Part shown: positions 54,344 to 64,000 of the stretch, one piece after another
Position numbering within the stretch: position 1 is the first letter of the stretch
Layout: every line of letters begins with the position of its first letter
NCBI GenBank assembly: GCA_910586445.1
Contig: CAJUHV010000005.1
Coordinates: forward strand, 6,108-70,107
Origin: an uncultured Eubacterium sp.
Lineage (GTDB): Bacteria > Bacillota > Clostridia > Lachnospirales > Lachnospiraceae
DNA: 64,000 nucleotides
Direction of reading: 5' to 3'
Made by a program: the position numbers and the translations under genes
Notes under the pieces: generated by a model
Told to the model about the DNA's origin: nothing
Databases searched by the model: none
The model's input: the letters and a program-made list of their open reading frames with translations, nothing else

Positions 54344-55166
54344 ATTAATATCTGCCGGTTTTTTACGGCTCAGACGTGATAAAATTTTCTGGCTGCTGGC
54401 TGCTGCCATGCTGGTCTATGCTATTGCCTATATGTTAAACGGCTGCCGGACGGCTTCTTCTGACAAAATGAAAGACTATGTGTACCATCTGGATCAGTTT
54501 TATTTTCACTATGCGCTTACAATCGGCTTATTCAGCGCAGTATTTACGAGCCTGTATCTGGGTACGGAGTACAGCGACGGTGCCATACGCAACAGGCTCA
54601 TTATCGGGCATTCCCGCACCTGCATCTATCTATCCAGCCTGGCCATCAGCATATCGGCAACGCTGTTTATTATGACCGCATGGCTAGCCGGGGCACTGGT
54701 CGGCATTCCTACGCTTGGCTTCTGGCATATGGGAACCTATGTTTATATCTATCTGCTGGTCAGCGTTTTATCTGCCGCTGCCTTATCCGCCATCTTTACG
54801 TTGATCGGAATGCTCTGTCCCAACAAAGCAATGTGTGCGGTTGCGGCTATTGTATTATTTTTGATTCTGATGACCATAGCGTTCATGCTGTATAATGCAC
54901 TGAGCCAGCCGGAATTTACCGACAATATTGTGCTGACTGCAGACGGCATGCAGTTTGGTGATCCTGTCCCAAATCCCTCCTATGTCAGCGGGACAAAACG
55001 GGAAGTCTACCAGTTTATGCTGGATGTGCTGCCTACCGGACAGTGCATACAGATCTTTGACCTGAGCATCGCACATCCGCTGCGGATGATCGTCTCCTCC
55101 ATTTCGATCCTTGCAGGCGTCTCCTTGTGCGGCATCGGCATCTTCCATAAAAAGAATATCCGGTAA
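54336..55166 (+). CDS. ABC-2-type transporter permease
   Basis: Six predicted TM helices. The start overlaps the ATPase stop by 8 nt. Confidence 0.75.
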   Translation: MNKLISAGFLRLRRDKIFWLLAAAMLVYAIAYMLNGCRTASSDKMKDYVYHLDQFYFHYALTIGLFSAVFTSLYLGTEYSDGAIRNRLIIGHSRTCIYLSSLAISISATLFIMTAWLAGALVGIPTLGFWHMGTYVYIYLLVSVLSAAALSAIFTLIGMLCPNKAMCAVAAIVLFLILMTIAFMLYNALSQPEFTDNIVLTADGMQFGDPVPNPSYVSGTKREVYQFMLDVLPTGQCIQIFDLSIAHPLRMIVSSISILAGVSLCGIGIFHKKNIR

Positions 55167-55202
55167 ATATATCGTAAAATTATACAGTCAAAGGAGACCA
55201 CT

Positions 55203-56111
55203 ATGGAAATATGGTTATGGGCCTTCCTCGGCCCTGCGCTTTTTGCAGCTGCTGTCCTGACAGCCAAAATATACCTGATCAAGCTGTCTATCACAGAAAT
55301 AGAACAGGCATTTGCCGACAGGCTTATAACCGATACCAATACGCTCATAGATATTTCCAGCCGCGACAGGCATATGCGGCGTCTGGCAGCCTCCATCAAT
55401 AAACAGCTGGTGATCCTGCGCGACAGGCGCCTGCAGTATCAGCAGGGAGACATGGAGCTGAAAAACGCAGTGACAAATATTTCCCACGACCTGCGCACGC
55501 CCCTGACCGCGATTCTAGGATATCTGGAGCTGCTTGAGCTGGAACGCCATACGCCGAAAGCATGCAGCTATATCCAGATCATCAAAAGCCGGGCCGAGCT
55601 GATGGCACGCCTGACCGAAGAGCTGTTTAGCTATTCAGTCATTCTCACCGGCCCGAAGGATACTGGCAGCATACACACCGAGCCCGCCGTCCTAAACACG
55701 ATCCTGGAAGAAAGCATTGCCGCCTTTTATGCAGAGCTTAACAGCCGCGGCATCAGCCCCATTGTGCATATGCCGGATACAAAAATTATAAGATCCATTG
55801 ATCCGTCAGCGGTATCGCGCATATTTTCCAACCTGTTAAACAATGCGATCAAATACAGTGACGGCGACCTGGAGATTACGCTTTCACAGGACGGAACAAT
55901 CGCATTTGCCAACAAAGCCTCCAGACTAAACAAAGTACTCGCCGCAAAGCTGTTTGACCGTTTTTATACGGTAGAATCAGCCGAAAACTCGACCGGGCTG
56001 GGCCTTACCATTGCCCGTACATTAGTGGAACAGATGAACGGCTCTATAAAGGCCGAATATGAAAACGGCAGGCTGTGCATATTCATTTTGTTTCCTGACA
56101 AAACAAAATGA
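55203..56111 (+). CDS. small membrane-anchored sensor histidine kinase
   Basis: Single N-terminal TM, H-box ISHDLRTPLTAILGYL, N-box NLLNNAIKYS, G-box STGLGLTIA. Confidence 0.85.
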   Translation: MEIWLWAFLGPALFAAAVLTAKIYLIKLSITEIEQAFADRLITDTNTLIDISSRDRHMRRLAASINKQLVILRDRRLQYQQGDMELKNAVTNISHDLRTPLTAILGYLELLELERHTPKACSYIQIIKSRAELMARLTEELFSYSVILTGPKDTGSIHTEPAVLNTILEESIAAFYAELNSRGISPIVHMPDTKIIRSIDPSAVSRIFSNLLNNAIKYSDGDLEITLSQDGTIAFANKASRLNKVLAAKLFDRFYTVESAENSTGLGLTIARTLVEQMNGSIKAEYENGRLCIFILFPDKTK

Positions 56112-56172
56112 AGACGTGAAGCCTGCTGTACCAATATCTTCTTAATTTTATAGTTTTTTATATATTTATTTT

Positions 56173-57258
56173 TTATAGCTTCAATACATTTTTATCTCCA
56201 TGCAGCACCCGGTAGCGCTGTGTCTCATCTAATTCGATCAGCCTGCCCCGCCTGTCATAATAAGTCAGCAGGTCTGAATTATGTGCCAGCTGCCTTGCGC
56301 CGTTTCTGGTCAGCAGCTGCTCGATCTGCTCCAGATTTCCAGATTTGACGGCTTCATCGGAAATCGCCCCGTATTTTGGCAGATCGTCGATATCTTCTAA
56401 TGGCGGCAGCCCCTGCAGGTCATCTTCCGTTTCGATCCGGCTGCTTTCTAAGATCTCGTATGCCGTCTGTGCGGTCAGGTCTGCTGCCTCCCCAGCTTGT
56501 TCCAATGAGCCTTGTATCAGATCAGAAGCTGCTGTGCCCAGAACGCCTGACCTGCCGTCTGCTGTCTGTCCCTGTATGTCAGCTGCCGCATCTTTCTGCT
56601 GCTGCGCTGTATATTCTGATGTTTCCTGCTGTGTGGGCGCATTGATCTGGCCCGCTGTATCATTCTGCTGCCGGGCAGTATATTCTGCTGTCCCCTGCTC
56701 CGCTGTCAGAGCCATTTCTTCTGTCTGTCCCTGTATCTGGCCTGCTGTATGTTCTGCTGCCCCCTGTGCCGCTGACATTTCTACATCGATACCTGCCGCA
56801 TCTTTCTGCTGCTGCATTGACGCATCGATCTGGCCGGCCGCACCCTGCTGCGGCTGTAATCCGCCTGCATCTGCCTGATTGCTGCCGGGCCGCATTTTTC
56901 CCGCATTCCCTGCCGCTGCGGTATCGGATTCCCAGAAATTTTTCAGCCAGCGGATCACGGGTGCAAATAATTTACGCAGCGTCTGCGTCAAAACACCCGA
57001 TAAAGCTTCCCCGTCCGTCTGAGCTGCTTTTGCCTTTTCCCTGCCAGACTGGCTTGACAGATCCAATATAACACCCTGACTGCCTTTTTCCGGCTGCTTC
57101 ATGCTGCCTGTGCCGCGTTTTTGGTCTATTTTATGTCCTGCAGCCTCTTTTTGGCCCGGCGTATTTTCATATGCTCTTACAGCCGGATTTTTTCTCTTCT
57201 TTTGATCTGCATAACCATAGACATCATTCCCTTTGATTTTATCAATCATACGCTGCAC
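56173..57258 (-). CDS. hypothetical Gln/Ala/Thr-rich repeat protein with a conserved-looking C-terminal ~90 aa
   Basis: Long ORF with an internally repetitive middle (AEHTAGQIQGQTEE / AEYTARQQNDTAGQI / SEYTAQQQKDAAADIQGQT). No recognisable domain. Confidence 0.5.
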   Translation of the reverse strand: MQRMIDKIKGNDVYGYADQKKRKNPAVRAYENTPGQKEAAGHKIDQKRGTGSMKQPEKGSQGVILDLSSQSGREKAKAAQTDGEALSGVLTQTLRKLFAPVIRWLKNFWESDTAAAGNAGKMRPGSNQADAGGLQPQQGAAGQIDASMQQQKDAAGIDVEMSAAQGAAEHTAGQIQGQTEEMALTAEQGTAEYTARQQNDTAGQINAPTQQETSEYTAQQQKDAAADIQGQTADGRSGVLGTAASDLIQGSLEQAGEAADLTAQTAYEILESSRIETEDDLQGLPPLEDIDDLPKYGAISDEAVKSGNLEQIEQLLTRNGARQLAHNSDLLTYYDRRGRLIELDETQRYRVLHGDKNVLKL

Positions 57259-57275
57259 CGCCTTTATACGAATTT

Positions 57276-57986
57276 TTATTTTTGTTCTTCCCTGCGCAGT
57301 TTACGTGCCGAAGCCTTCCACTCCTTTGACACGCGGTCAGACTCACAGGTCTTTTGAATCGACTTATTATGTGTAAAACCATCCAGCGTGCCTTTCTCCA
57401 AAAATGCACAGGTCTTTTCTGGAAACCTGACAAAACAGACAGAAATCAGCCATGCTACAGCCATCCTTGCATAATATCCTTCATTTCGGATCTGGCTGCA
57501 TACATGAAATATTTCTTCTATATAAGTCTGATCAACAAAATGATCCAGCATCGATACGATGCCGAACCGAATGCCGTATTCTGTATCTGTTAAAATCCAT
57601 CTGTTTAAATAATCCCACCAATACGCAGGCTGTTTTTTCATCCATTTATAGGTAACGCAGCAGCTGTCACATACGCCCCAGCTGTCGATTACCGGCACAA
57701 AAGCCTCAAGATACTGCCTGCGCTCACTGTCATTCATTTTTGCATAACCTATCACCATGCCATACAGGAGCTTTTCCTCATAACAGCCGTCATCCTGCCA
57801 ATCGACGTCCTGCATCTGCGAAAGATATTCAAATGCACCGCTTTTTGCTGTCTTTTTTGCAATTTCCCGCAGTTTCGGCACACGCACACCGAGCAGGTCA
57901 GTAACGCCCGGCAGCAGTTTTTCCTGAAAAGCCTTATAATCCGGCTCCGCCAGCTGCAGGAGCTGCGCCCGTATTTTATCTCTCAT
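57276..57986 (-). CDS. DNA alkylation repair protein (AlkD-like HEAT-repeat family)
   Basis: IRAQLLQLAEPDYKAFQEKLLPG...LGVRVPKLREIAKK is the typical N-terminus of this family. Start set at the ATG at 57986. Confidence 0.7.
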   Translation of the reverse strand: MRDKIRAQLLQLAEPDYKAFQEKLLPGVTDLLGVRVPKLREIAKKTAKSGAFEYLSQMQDVDWQDDGCYEEKLLYGMVIGYAKMNDSERRQYLEAFVPVIDSWGVCDSCCVTYKWMKKQPAYWWDYLNRWILTDTEYGIRFGIVSMLDHFVDQTYIEEIFHVCSQIRNEGYYARMAVAWLISVCFVRFPEKTCAFLEKGTLDGFTHNKSIQKTCESDRVSKEWKASARKLRREEQK

Positions 57987-58028
57987 GCCATACCCATCCT
58001 TAGAGCGCGTCCTAAAAATCACGGAACG

Positions 58029-59018
58029 CTAAAAAAGTTCCCCGCAGTATTCCTGATATATAGAGAAAAAGCTGTCCGTTTTAATATCGCCGGATGTTTC
58101 TATTTCAATCCCATCCCAGGCCTTCTGATACAGTTTTTTGGAAATCGTCTTACTGTATGCGTCAAAGACATCTCCAAACGCTGCTTTCTCACGCTTTTGT
58201 ACGATTTTCAGCTTATTGATATCGGTCAATTCTTCATTAAATTTATTGACACAGTATAAATAACAGTAGCCTTCCTCTGTTTTAATACATTTTGAGACTT
58301 CGCCGTTATCCAGCGCAAACGCTGCCTGTTCTACTTCCTGTGCCAGTTCTCCCCTGCCAAACTGAATCTTTACTTCTTCCGCTTCATTATAAGAACCTGC
58401 AACCGCGGCAAAATCACCGCCGTCATTCAGCGCTTTTTTCACGGCCTTTGCTTTCTTTTTGTCAGATACTACAATCTGCATAGCATCCATAATGCGTGCT
58501 TCGTCATCGCTGACCTCACTGTTTATATCACCGGTCAGCGATTTGTATAGCTTCTGTGCCAGAGCATAGTCTTCGTATAATGTTTGGAGATCTTCCTCGC
58601 TTATTTCCAGATAATCCAGCTCCTTTTCACTCAGCGACTCGTAATACGCCTTTGCAGCCTTTTGTATGCCGGCGATCTCAGGCTCTTCCAAAGCAATGTC
58701 ACGGCTTTTTGCCAGTGAATCCATGCTGAGAATCTTTGTCATCTGTGAAAGTGTCAGATTTTTGATATATTCCTCGAGCGGCTGCGCCTGACTGTCCTGT
58801 GCCCACAGGTCTACGCCCGCTACCGTTCCATATAGATTCTGGTAATTAGCCAGATATACTTTTGCCTCTGTGGCAGAATAACTGCGCCCGTCTACTTTCA
58901 GCACCTGCCTGACTGAAATCTGCGGTACACGCAGGGTATCTCCTTTACTGCAGCCCGTGCACACCACTGCCAGAAGCAGTCCCGCACACAATGCTGATAC
59001 CGTTTTTTTTCTTCTCAT
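58029..59018 (-). CDS. PrsA-like peptidyl-prolyl isomerase lipoprotein (parvulin domain)
   Basis: Lipobox AVVCTGC after the signal peptide. PpiC-like segment (DFAAVAGSYNEA...GELAQEVEQAAFALDNGEVS). Confidence 0.7.
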   Translation of the reverse strand: MRRKKTVSALCAGLLLAVVCTGCSKGDTLRVPQISVRQVLKVDGRSYSATEAKVYLANYQNLYGTVAGVDLWAQDSQAQPLEEYIKNLTLSQMTKILSMDSLAKSRDIALEEPEIAGIQKAAKAYYESLSEKELDYLEISEEDLQTLYEDYALAQKLYKSLTGDINSEVSDDEARIMDAMQIVVSDKKKAKAVKKALNDGGDFAAVAGSYNEAEEVKIQFGRGELAQEVEQAAFALDNGEVSKCIKTEEGYCYLYCVNKFNEELTDINKLKIVQKREKAAFGDVFDAYSKTISKKLYQKAWDGIEIETSGDIKTDSFFSIYQEYCGELF

Positions 59019-59021
59019 TCA

Positions 59022-59285
59022 CTAAACCTCTACAACCAGATATCTTCCATCCGGCAGTGTAAACACCTCACTGGCTTCTTCAATATCTTTTAAGCTCATA
59101 TCACTGATGTCTGCCCCGCTCTCATCCAGATAATCTTTTACCTCCTGCAGGCTGTCACAGACCACCGCCATGCAGTCTTCTAAAAACTCCTCTGCCTCTT
59201 CAAGTGATGAAGCCACTTTCTCACGAAACAACTGGGACTGGTGCTTCAAAAAATAGTTTAAACAAACCTCATCAAACTGTTCCAT
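59022..59285 (-). CDS. hypothetical small acidic protein (87 aa)
   Basis: AAGGAG RBS. Its stop is 3 nt from the PrsA-like start, so the two are probably coupled. Confidence 0.5.
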   Translation of the reverse strand: MEQFDEVCLNYFLKHQSQLFREKVASSLEEAEEFLEDCMAVVCDSLQEVKDYLDESGADISDMSLKDIEEASEVFTLPDGRYLVVEV

Positions 59286-59529
59286 CTTTTGTTCTCCTTC
59301 CCTATACCTCTTCTACATCTGCTTAATGAATTTGTCATAAATATTGTTACCGGATCTTATTTTATCATAGTATGAAAAAGGCGAAAACGCAATCTTTAAT
59401 TTTAAAAATTTACGTTACTGATGCTGCCGGCAAATCGAAACTTGCAAACAAACAGTATTTCCTTTATAATAACCTTATGCAGTAAATCAAAAGACAATTT
59501 TATTCAGCAAATGAAAAAGAGGTATCTGT

Positions 59530-60468
59530 ATGATTTCTAAATTATTATCAAATCTTCTGCAGCTGTTCCACGATGTAATTCCAGCGCGGAATATGGAAGA
59601 ATTTGAACAGCGGCTGACAAAGGCACAGGAACGTGAAGACCTGCCCGCACTCTCCAAAATCTATTATGACCTGGGTGTACACTGTATGAAAAACGACGAC
59701 CCAAACCGCGCTATGATGTATCTAAGCCGTTCTGACAGTATATTTAGTTCACGGGATGATATCTTTGACCAGGTCAAGGAATCTGTCCGTGAGGATTGTT
59801 CCGACCGGATTGGCGAGCTGGAAGAACTCCCTCTGCTGACAAACCAGATTCCCGAAGAAATCGAGCAGTTAGCAGGCCAGTATCTAGACGATCTGCGTAT
59901 TCGTATATGGGGTCTGTTTACGATATCCCGCCTGGTTCAGGTAGGCAGCCGCCTCAGCGTACTGGAAGGCTGTGAGGTGCTGGGCGAATTAGGCACCGCC
60001 GTAGACTTGATGTTCCGTTCCTTTCAAGAGCCGATCTCGCAGGAAGAATACCAGTTCCTTTTTGATGTATGCAACGAGCTGTACGATTTAGGCGACAGTG
60101 AGTGCTTTACAGATATGACCAGACAGGTGGATGTTCCAAACAGCGCACCGATCCAGGCCTTTGATTTGAACGGCCTGCTGACCCTGACAGAGCTGAACCT
60201 CTACATTGACAGCCATTTAAGGCTGCTGAGCGGCGGTCCTAAAAACAGCGACGCCGAAACAGGCGTAATCGCATGTGCGCTTCTGCCCGACTACTATCTG
60301 CGCAGCTGTAAGGATGATCTGTCCAAGCTCCCGCAGATTCAGCGTGAAATAGAACGAATCCAGTCCGACCTTGATTTTATCTGTTCCCAGTTTACCTGGC
60401 AGGACGCAGCTGAACGGATTGCGGCGTATAAAGAGCTTGATATACTCTCTGTATTCCGTCTTAAATAG
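59530..60468 (+). CDS. hypothetical protein (312 aa)
   Basis: AGAGGT RBS. Upstream TTGCAA, 17 nt, TATAAT promoter-like signal near 59440..59475. No recognisable domain. Confidence 0.5.
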   Translation: MISKLLSNLLQLFHDVIPARNMEEFEQRLTKAQEREDLPALSKIYYDLGVHCMKNDDPNRAMMYLSRSDSIFSSRDDIFDQVKESVREDCSDRIGELEELPLLTNQIPEEIEQLAGQYLDDLRIRIWGLFTISRLVQVGSRLSVLEGCEVLGELGTAVDLMFRSFQEPISQEEYQFLFDVCNELYDLGDSECFTDMTRQVDVPNSAPIQAFDLNGLLTLTELNLYIDSHLRLLSGGPKNSDAETGVIACALLPDYYLRSCKDDLSKLPQIQREIERIQSDLDFICSQFTWQDAAERIAAYKELDILSVFRLK

Positions 60469-60594
60469 CATACGAATAATAATATACGCTTTAAATAAAG
60501 ACTGCCCATGCTTAGTACTAAGTATTTGCCAGCAGGCAGCAGAGCGCAGGATGTAGTGATCTGCTGCCTGAATTGAAAGAAAGGACACAAATTA

Positions 60595-60816
60595 ATGAGT
60601 AATCGTGAAAAAGCAATACAGCTATTAAATATAATCGATGAAGAAAAAATGGTTTATGTTGTTGGTATATTAGAAAATTTAACCGGATTTGCAGATATCC
60701 CAAACGACGAAACAATAGCTGCCATAAATGAGGGTGACAAAATGCTCGAAAACGGAACAGGACAGCGTTTCACTGGTTCTACAGAGGATTTCTTTCATAT
60801 GCTGTTGGAGGAATGA
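60595..60816 (+). CDS. type II antitoxin (RelB/DinJ-like) of the YafQ-type pair
   Basis: 73 aa. IPNDETIAAINEG...F.GSTEDFF pattern is common in antitoxins. Its stop is 1 nt before the toxin start. Confidence 0.6.
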   Translation: MSNREKAIQLLNIIDEEKMVYVVGILENLTGFADIPNDETIAAINEGDKMLENGTGQRFTGSTEDFFHMLLEE

Positions 60817-60817
60817 A

Positions 60818-61090
60818 ATGTTAAAGCTATCATCTACGACAAAATTTAAAAAAGATTTAAAACTATGCCAAAAAAGAAATTATAATTTAAATCTGCTGTA
60901 TGACATTGTGAATATATTAAGAATACCAACAGCATTACCGCCCCAAAATAAAGACCATGATTTAAAAGGCAATTTTGGCGGAAAAAGAGAATGCCACATT
61001 ACACCTGATTGGTTATTGATCTATCGAATTGAAAATGATGAATTAATGCTTGACAGAACAGGAACACATTCTGATTTATTTAAAAAATAA
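60818..61090 (+). CDS. type II toxin, YafQ/RelE-family mRNA interferase
   Basis: TTKFKKDLKLCQKRNYNL...DHDLKGNFGGKRECHITPDWLLIYRIENDELML.RTGTHSDLF. The GGAGGAA RBS lies inside the antitoxin 3' end. Confidence 0.8.
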   Translation: MLKLSSTTKFKKDLKLCQKRNYNLNLLYDIVNILRIPTALPPQNKDHDLKGNFGGKRECHITPDWLLIYRIENDELMLDRTGTHSDLFKK

Positions 61091-61207
61091 TTTCCAACCA
61101 TTACTTCTCTGGCAAACGGAATCATTTCCTGCTTCAATCAGGAAAAGTAATTTCCCTTTAACAAAAACTCCAGGTCATTAAAAATCCCGCCTGCCATAAT
61201 AAAGCTC

Positions 61208-61789
61208 CTAATATGAAAGATAAGATTTTAACTCCTGATATAACTTTGCCACAGGAAGTCCCACCACATTATTATAATCGCCCTCAATGCTTTCAACAAA
61301 ACGTCCGCCGATTCCCTGTATGCCATAGCTGCCCGCCTTATCCATAGGCTCACCGGAACTGACATAATCTTTGATTTCTGCATCAGACATCGGATAAAAG
61401 GTGACATTTGTGCACTCACAAAAATGAATACACTGACGCCTGCCGTGCTGCATCAGGACCGCTGTGACACCTGTATAGACCTGATGACGGTTTCCTGACA
61501 GCATGCGCAGCGTATTTACAGCATCATTTTCATCCTTAGGCTTGCCTAAAATCTTCCCCTGACAGGCGACCGCCGTATCCGCGCCGATTATCAGATAATC
61601 GTCCCGCAGGCCGCATAGGCCCTGTTCTGCCTCATACGCTTTCCGGCCTGCCAATTCCAATACGACGTCCTCTGGCAGCTCTTTTGTGCAGTGCTCTTCC
61701 CCATTTGCTGCCATGATCTCAAATTCTGCAAATAGTTTTGCAAGCAGCTCTTTTCTTCTGGGTGACGCTGAAGCTAATATAATACGCAT
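61208..61789 (-). CDS. maf: Maf-family nucleoside triphosphate pyrophosphatase (septum formation protein)
   Basis: IILASASPRRKELL...GADTAV...GKP...AGSYGIQG. Confidence 0.9.
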   Translation of the reverse strand: MRIILASASPRRKELLAKLFAEFEIMAANGEEHCTKELPEDVVLELAGRKAYEAEQGLCGLRDDYLIIGADTAVACQGKILGKPKDENDAVNTLRMLSGNRHQVYTGVTAVLMQHGRRQCIHFCECTNVTFYPMSDAEIKDYVSSGEPMDKAGSYGIQGIGGRFVESIEGDYNNVVGLPVAKLYQELKSYLSY

Positions 61790-61857
61790 ATCTCTTCCTT
61801 CCTATATTTATCATACAATATTGCAGAAACGTTTAAAATCCTCTGCCTGATCTTATA

Positions 61858-64000
61858 TTATTTTATCAGAATTTCCCTCTGTAAATAAAATGAATATATA
61901 ATTTTTTCTTTCACCGGCTTTCCAGTCGCCTTTTCTAACGCCTCTGCATATAGATCCAGCTGTACGGCATAACGCTCGGCCAGCTTCTCCGGCTCCTTTA
62001 CCGAATCTGTCTTATAATCAAGAATCACCAGCCTGCCGTCTTCTTCCCAGTATACATCCACAATTCCCTGAATCAGAATCAGCTCCTCGCTTGCTTTTTC
62101 ATAGACTCTGGAGGCGGGTATGCCCATCACAAACGGCTGTTCTTTGTGCAGCGTGCCTTTTTCCTGCGCCTTCGCCATACGCTCTGCCAATGGGCTTTCC
62201 AAAAAACGTCCCAGCATATACGGGCTTACCAGCTGCTTCATATCCTGCGTAATGCGGGCTTCTAAGAGCATATTGTCGATCTGGCTGCGTATATCTGCCA
62301 TGCGGTCATCGCTGCGCATGCTCTGTATGAAATCAACTTCTTCCATGACCTTGTGGACGGCACTTCCGCGCAGCGCGCCCCGGCTTTCCTGCTGTGCCTG
62401 TGTACGCATAAAGGCCGGTATCATGCTTTCGCTTTCACGCTTTGGCGCAAACCACTCTTCCTGCGGCTGCGCTTCTTCTAATATAAGCTGATGACGGTGC
62501 TTCAGCTCGGATACGGAGATTTTTGTCTTTAAATCGGTATCCCCTTCGTAAGGATACTTCCATGAAAGCTTTTGATCCAGTTCTTCATACAGCTTCTGGT
62601 CAGCTGTCTTATACAGCTGCGAAAGCTGCACCAAATCCAGCTGCCCGGCTGCTGCCTCTACCGTTTCCTGAAGCTGTATATCCTGTGTATGGTATACACG
62701 CATACGGTAACTGCCTGCCTGGTTTGTGCTGACAATCGGATATACCCAGTCTAAACAGCTTGCGGCATGCGATCTGGCAAAGTACCCCATCGGGCTTTCC
62801 CCATGTGAAGCCTCTGCCTGCTTTGGCTCTTCTTTAACGGCTGCTGTCATAATCAGCTTTTCCTTTGCGCGGGTCAGCGCTACATACAAAACCCTGAGCT
62901 CTTCCCCCTGATTGTCCATGCCGATTTCATTTTCCAAAACCTTTTTGATAAATCCCGGCTTTCGAATCCGTTTCTCTGCATCGATATAATCTAAGCCTAT
63001 CCCGTACTCCGGGTGCAGGATCAGCCTGTTTCGGACATCCTGCCTGTTAAACTGTTTGCCCATTCCGCAGACAAATACAACCGGAAACTCCAGTCCCTTG
63101 CTTTTATGAATGCTCATTATGCGCACGACGTCTTCGTTTTCGCTGGTAATATCGGCTTCTCCAAAATCAATCTCATATTTTTTCAGCTTTTCGATATAGC
63201 GTACAAAATGAAACAGCCCCTTATAGCTCGACTTTTCATATGCAATTGCTTTTTCCAAAAGCATGTCTACATTGGCACGGCGCTGCCTGCCTGCGGGCAT
63301 GGCCTGAATGTAGGACGCATAGCCGGTTTCTTCCAGAACGGTCTGTATCAGCTGATGAATCGGCGTATATGACGTCATGCTGCGCAGCTTTTGATACGTT
63401 TCCAAAAAACGGGACACCTTACGCCCGGCAGGCCCGGAAGAAGCCGCTTCATCCGCCGCATAGTCCAGCAGCGCCAGAAAAAAGAAATGCTCCCTGCTGC
63501 CTGCTTTGATCTGTGCCAGCTCCTCGCCTGTAAGCCTCCCGATCGGAGAGGCCAGCACTGCTGCCAGCGGGATATCCTGCAGCGGATTGTCTAAAATAGA
63601 CAGCATGCTCAGTATCGTCTGTATTTCTACTGCTCCAAAATACCCGGTCTGGGATGTCGTATATGCCGGAATGCCTGCTTCGGTAAAGACCTTCAAAAAC
63701 GTATCCGCCCAGCCTGTAATGCTTCTTAATAATATAACTATGTCACGGTAATTAAGCCTGCGCAGCTCGCCTGTCTGCTTATCCGTAACCAGCTGCGTCT
63801 CCATCATCTCATGGATACGCGCTGCTGCCATCCGCGCCTCTAGCTGCTGCCAGTCGTCTATTTCTGCTTCTGCCAGCTCTTCCGCAGAGGCCTGTGCCAG
63901 CAGAAGCTCGCTGATAAAAGCATTTTTAGTATCCGGCTTTGGATACGAGGCACCCACATACAGTGCAGCCTGCGCATCGTACTCTACATTTCCCAGATCT
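61858..64000 (-). CDS. addA: helicase-exonuclease AddAB subunit AddA, C-terminal part (N-terminus outside window)
   Basis: UvrD-like C-terminal helicase motifs (VRIMSIHKSKGLEFPVVFV, RVLYVALTRAKEKL) and a terminal PD-(D/E)XK nuclease motif (GIVDVYWEEDGRLVILDYKTD). The frame stays open to the window edge beyond the listed GTG at 63957. Confidence 0.85.
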   Translation of the reverse strand, partial: DLGNVEYDAQAALYVGASYPKPDTKNAFISELLLAQASAEELAEAEIDDWQQLEARMAAARIHEMMETQLVTDKQTGELRRLNYRDIVILLRSITGWADTFLKVFTEAGIPAYTTSQTGYFGAVEIQTILSMLSILDNPLQDIPLAAVLASPIGRLTGEELAQIKAGSREHFFFLALLDYAADEAASSGPAGRKVSRFLETYQKLRSMTSYTPIHQLIQTVLEETGYASYIQAMPAGRQRRANVDMLLEKAIAYEKSSYKGLFHFVRYIEKLKKYEIDFGEADITSENEDVVRIMSIHKSKGLEFPVVFVCGMGKQFNRQDVRNRLILHPEYGIGLDYIDAEKRIRKPGFIKKVLENEIGMDNQGEELRVLYVALTRAKEKLIMTAAVKEEPKQAEASHGESPMGYFARSHAASCLDWVYPIVSTNQAGSYRMRVYHTQDIQLQETVEAAAGQLDLVQLSQLYKTADQKLYEELDQKLSWKYPYEGDTDLKTKISVSELKHRHQLILEEAQPQEEWFAPKRESESMIPAFMRTQAQQESRGALRGSAVHKVMEEVDFIQSMRSDDRMADIRSQIDNMLLEARITQDMKQLVSPYMLGRFLESPLAERMAKAQEKGTLHKEQPFVMGIPASRVYEKASEELILIQGIVDVYWEEDGRLVILDYKTDSVKEPEKLAERYAVQLDLYAEALEKATGKPVKEKIIYSFYLQREILIK

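Noticed and set aside
60533-60570. 10-bp perfect hairpin CAGGCAGCAG-N18-CTGCTGCCTG upstream of the antitoxin gene
   Set aside because: It has no U-tract, so it is not a convincing intrinsic terminator. It could be an operator or a transcript-end structure, but a single hairpin with no other evidence is not reported as a feature.
1-64000. Search by eye for rRNA, tRNA, riboswitch leaders, CRISPR arrays and intact IS/transposase genes
   Set aside because: None recognised. The long intergenic regions are accounted for by promoters, repeats or gene remnants. A proper tRNAscan or Infernal run is still needed to exclude small RNAs.

Overview
The gene content suggests a chromosomal segment from a Clostridia (Lachnospiraceae-like) Firmicute. 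It is densely coding, mostly on the minus strand, with no rRNA, tRNA or CRISPR array recognised. Main content, left to right: (1) a 5'-truncated acyl-CoA dehydratase activase-related gene. (2) An M56 sensor / BlaI repressor / M56 sensor operon with palindromes over both promoters. (3) A frameshifted hybrid histidine kinase. (4) A vanG-type D-Ala-D-Ser glycopeptide-resistance cluster (vanR, vanS, vanG, vanXY, vanT). It is split by a translationally coupled YjbR-MGMT fusion plus FtsH paralogue and by a 440-bp AT-rich spacer. (5) CIRCE-associated htpG and hsp20. (6) A TetM/EF-G-like translational GTPase fused to a YacP/Rae1-type NYN RNase domain. (7) A decayed mobile-element patch with integrase, YafQ and DNA-methylase fragments. 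(8) An ABC_ATPase-family gene and a small acidic ORF, flanked by long A-rich, T-free (sense-strand) repeat tracts. (9) A GlpQ / lysophospholipase / MFS / spermidine-synthase-like operon. (10) Two further hybrid kinases with DUF3842. (11) A GH2 glycosidase. (12) A response regulator / ABC transporter / kinase peptide-immunity-like module. (13) An intact YafQ-type toxin-antitoxin pair, maf, and the 3' part of addA. Every functional call comes from motif and family recognition by eye. No database search was run. The most interesting candidates are the GTPase-NYN fusion, the cassette inside the van cluster, and the T-free repeat spacers.
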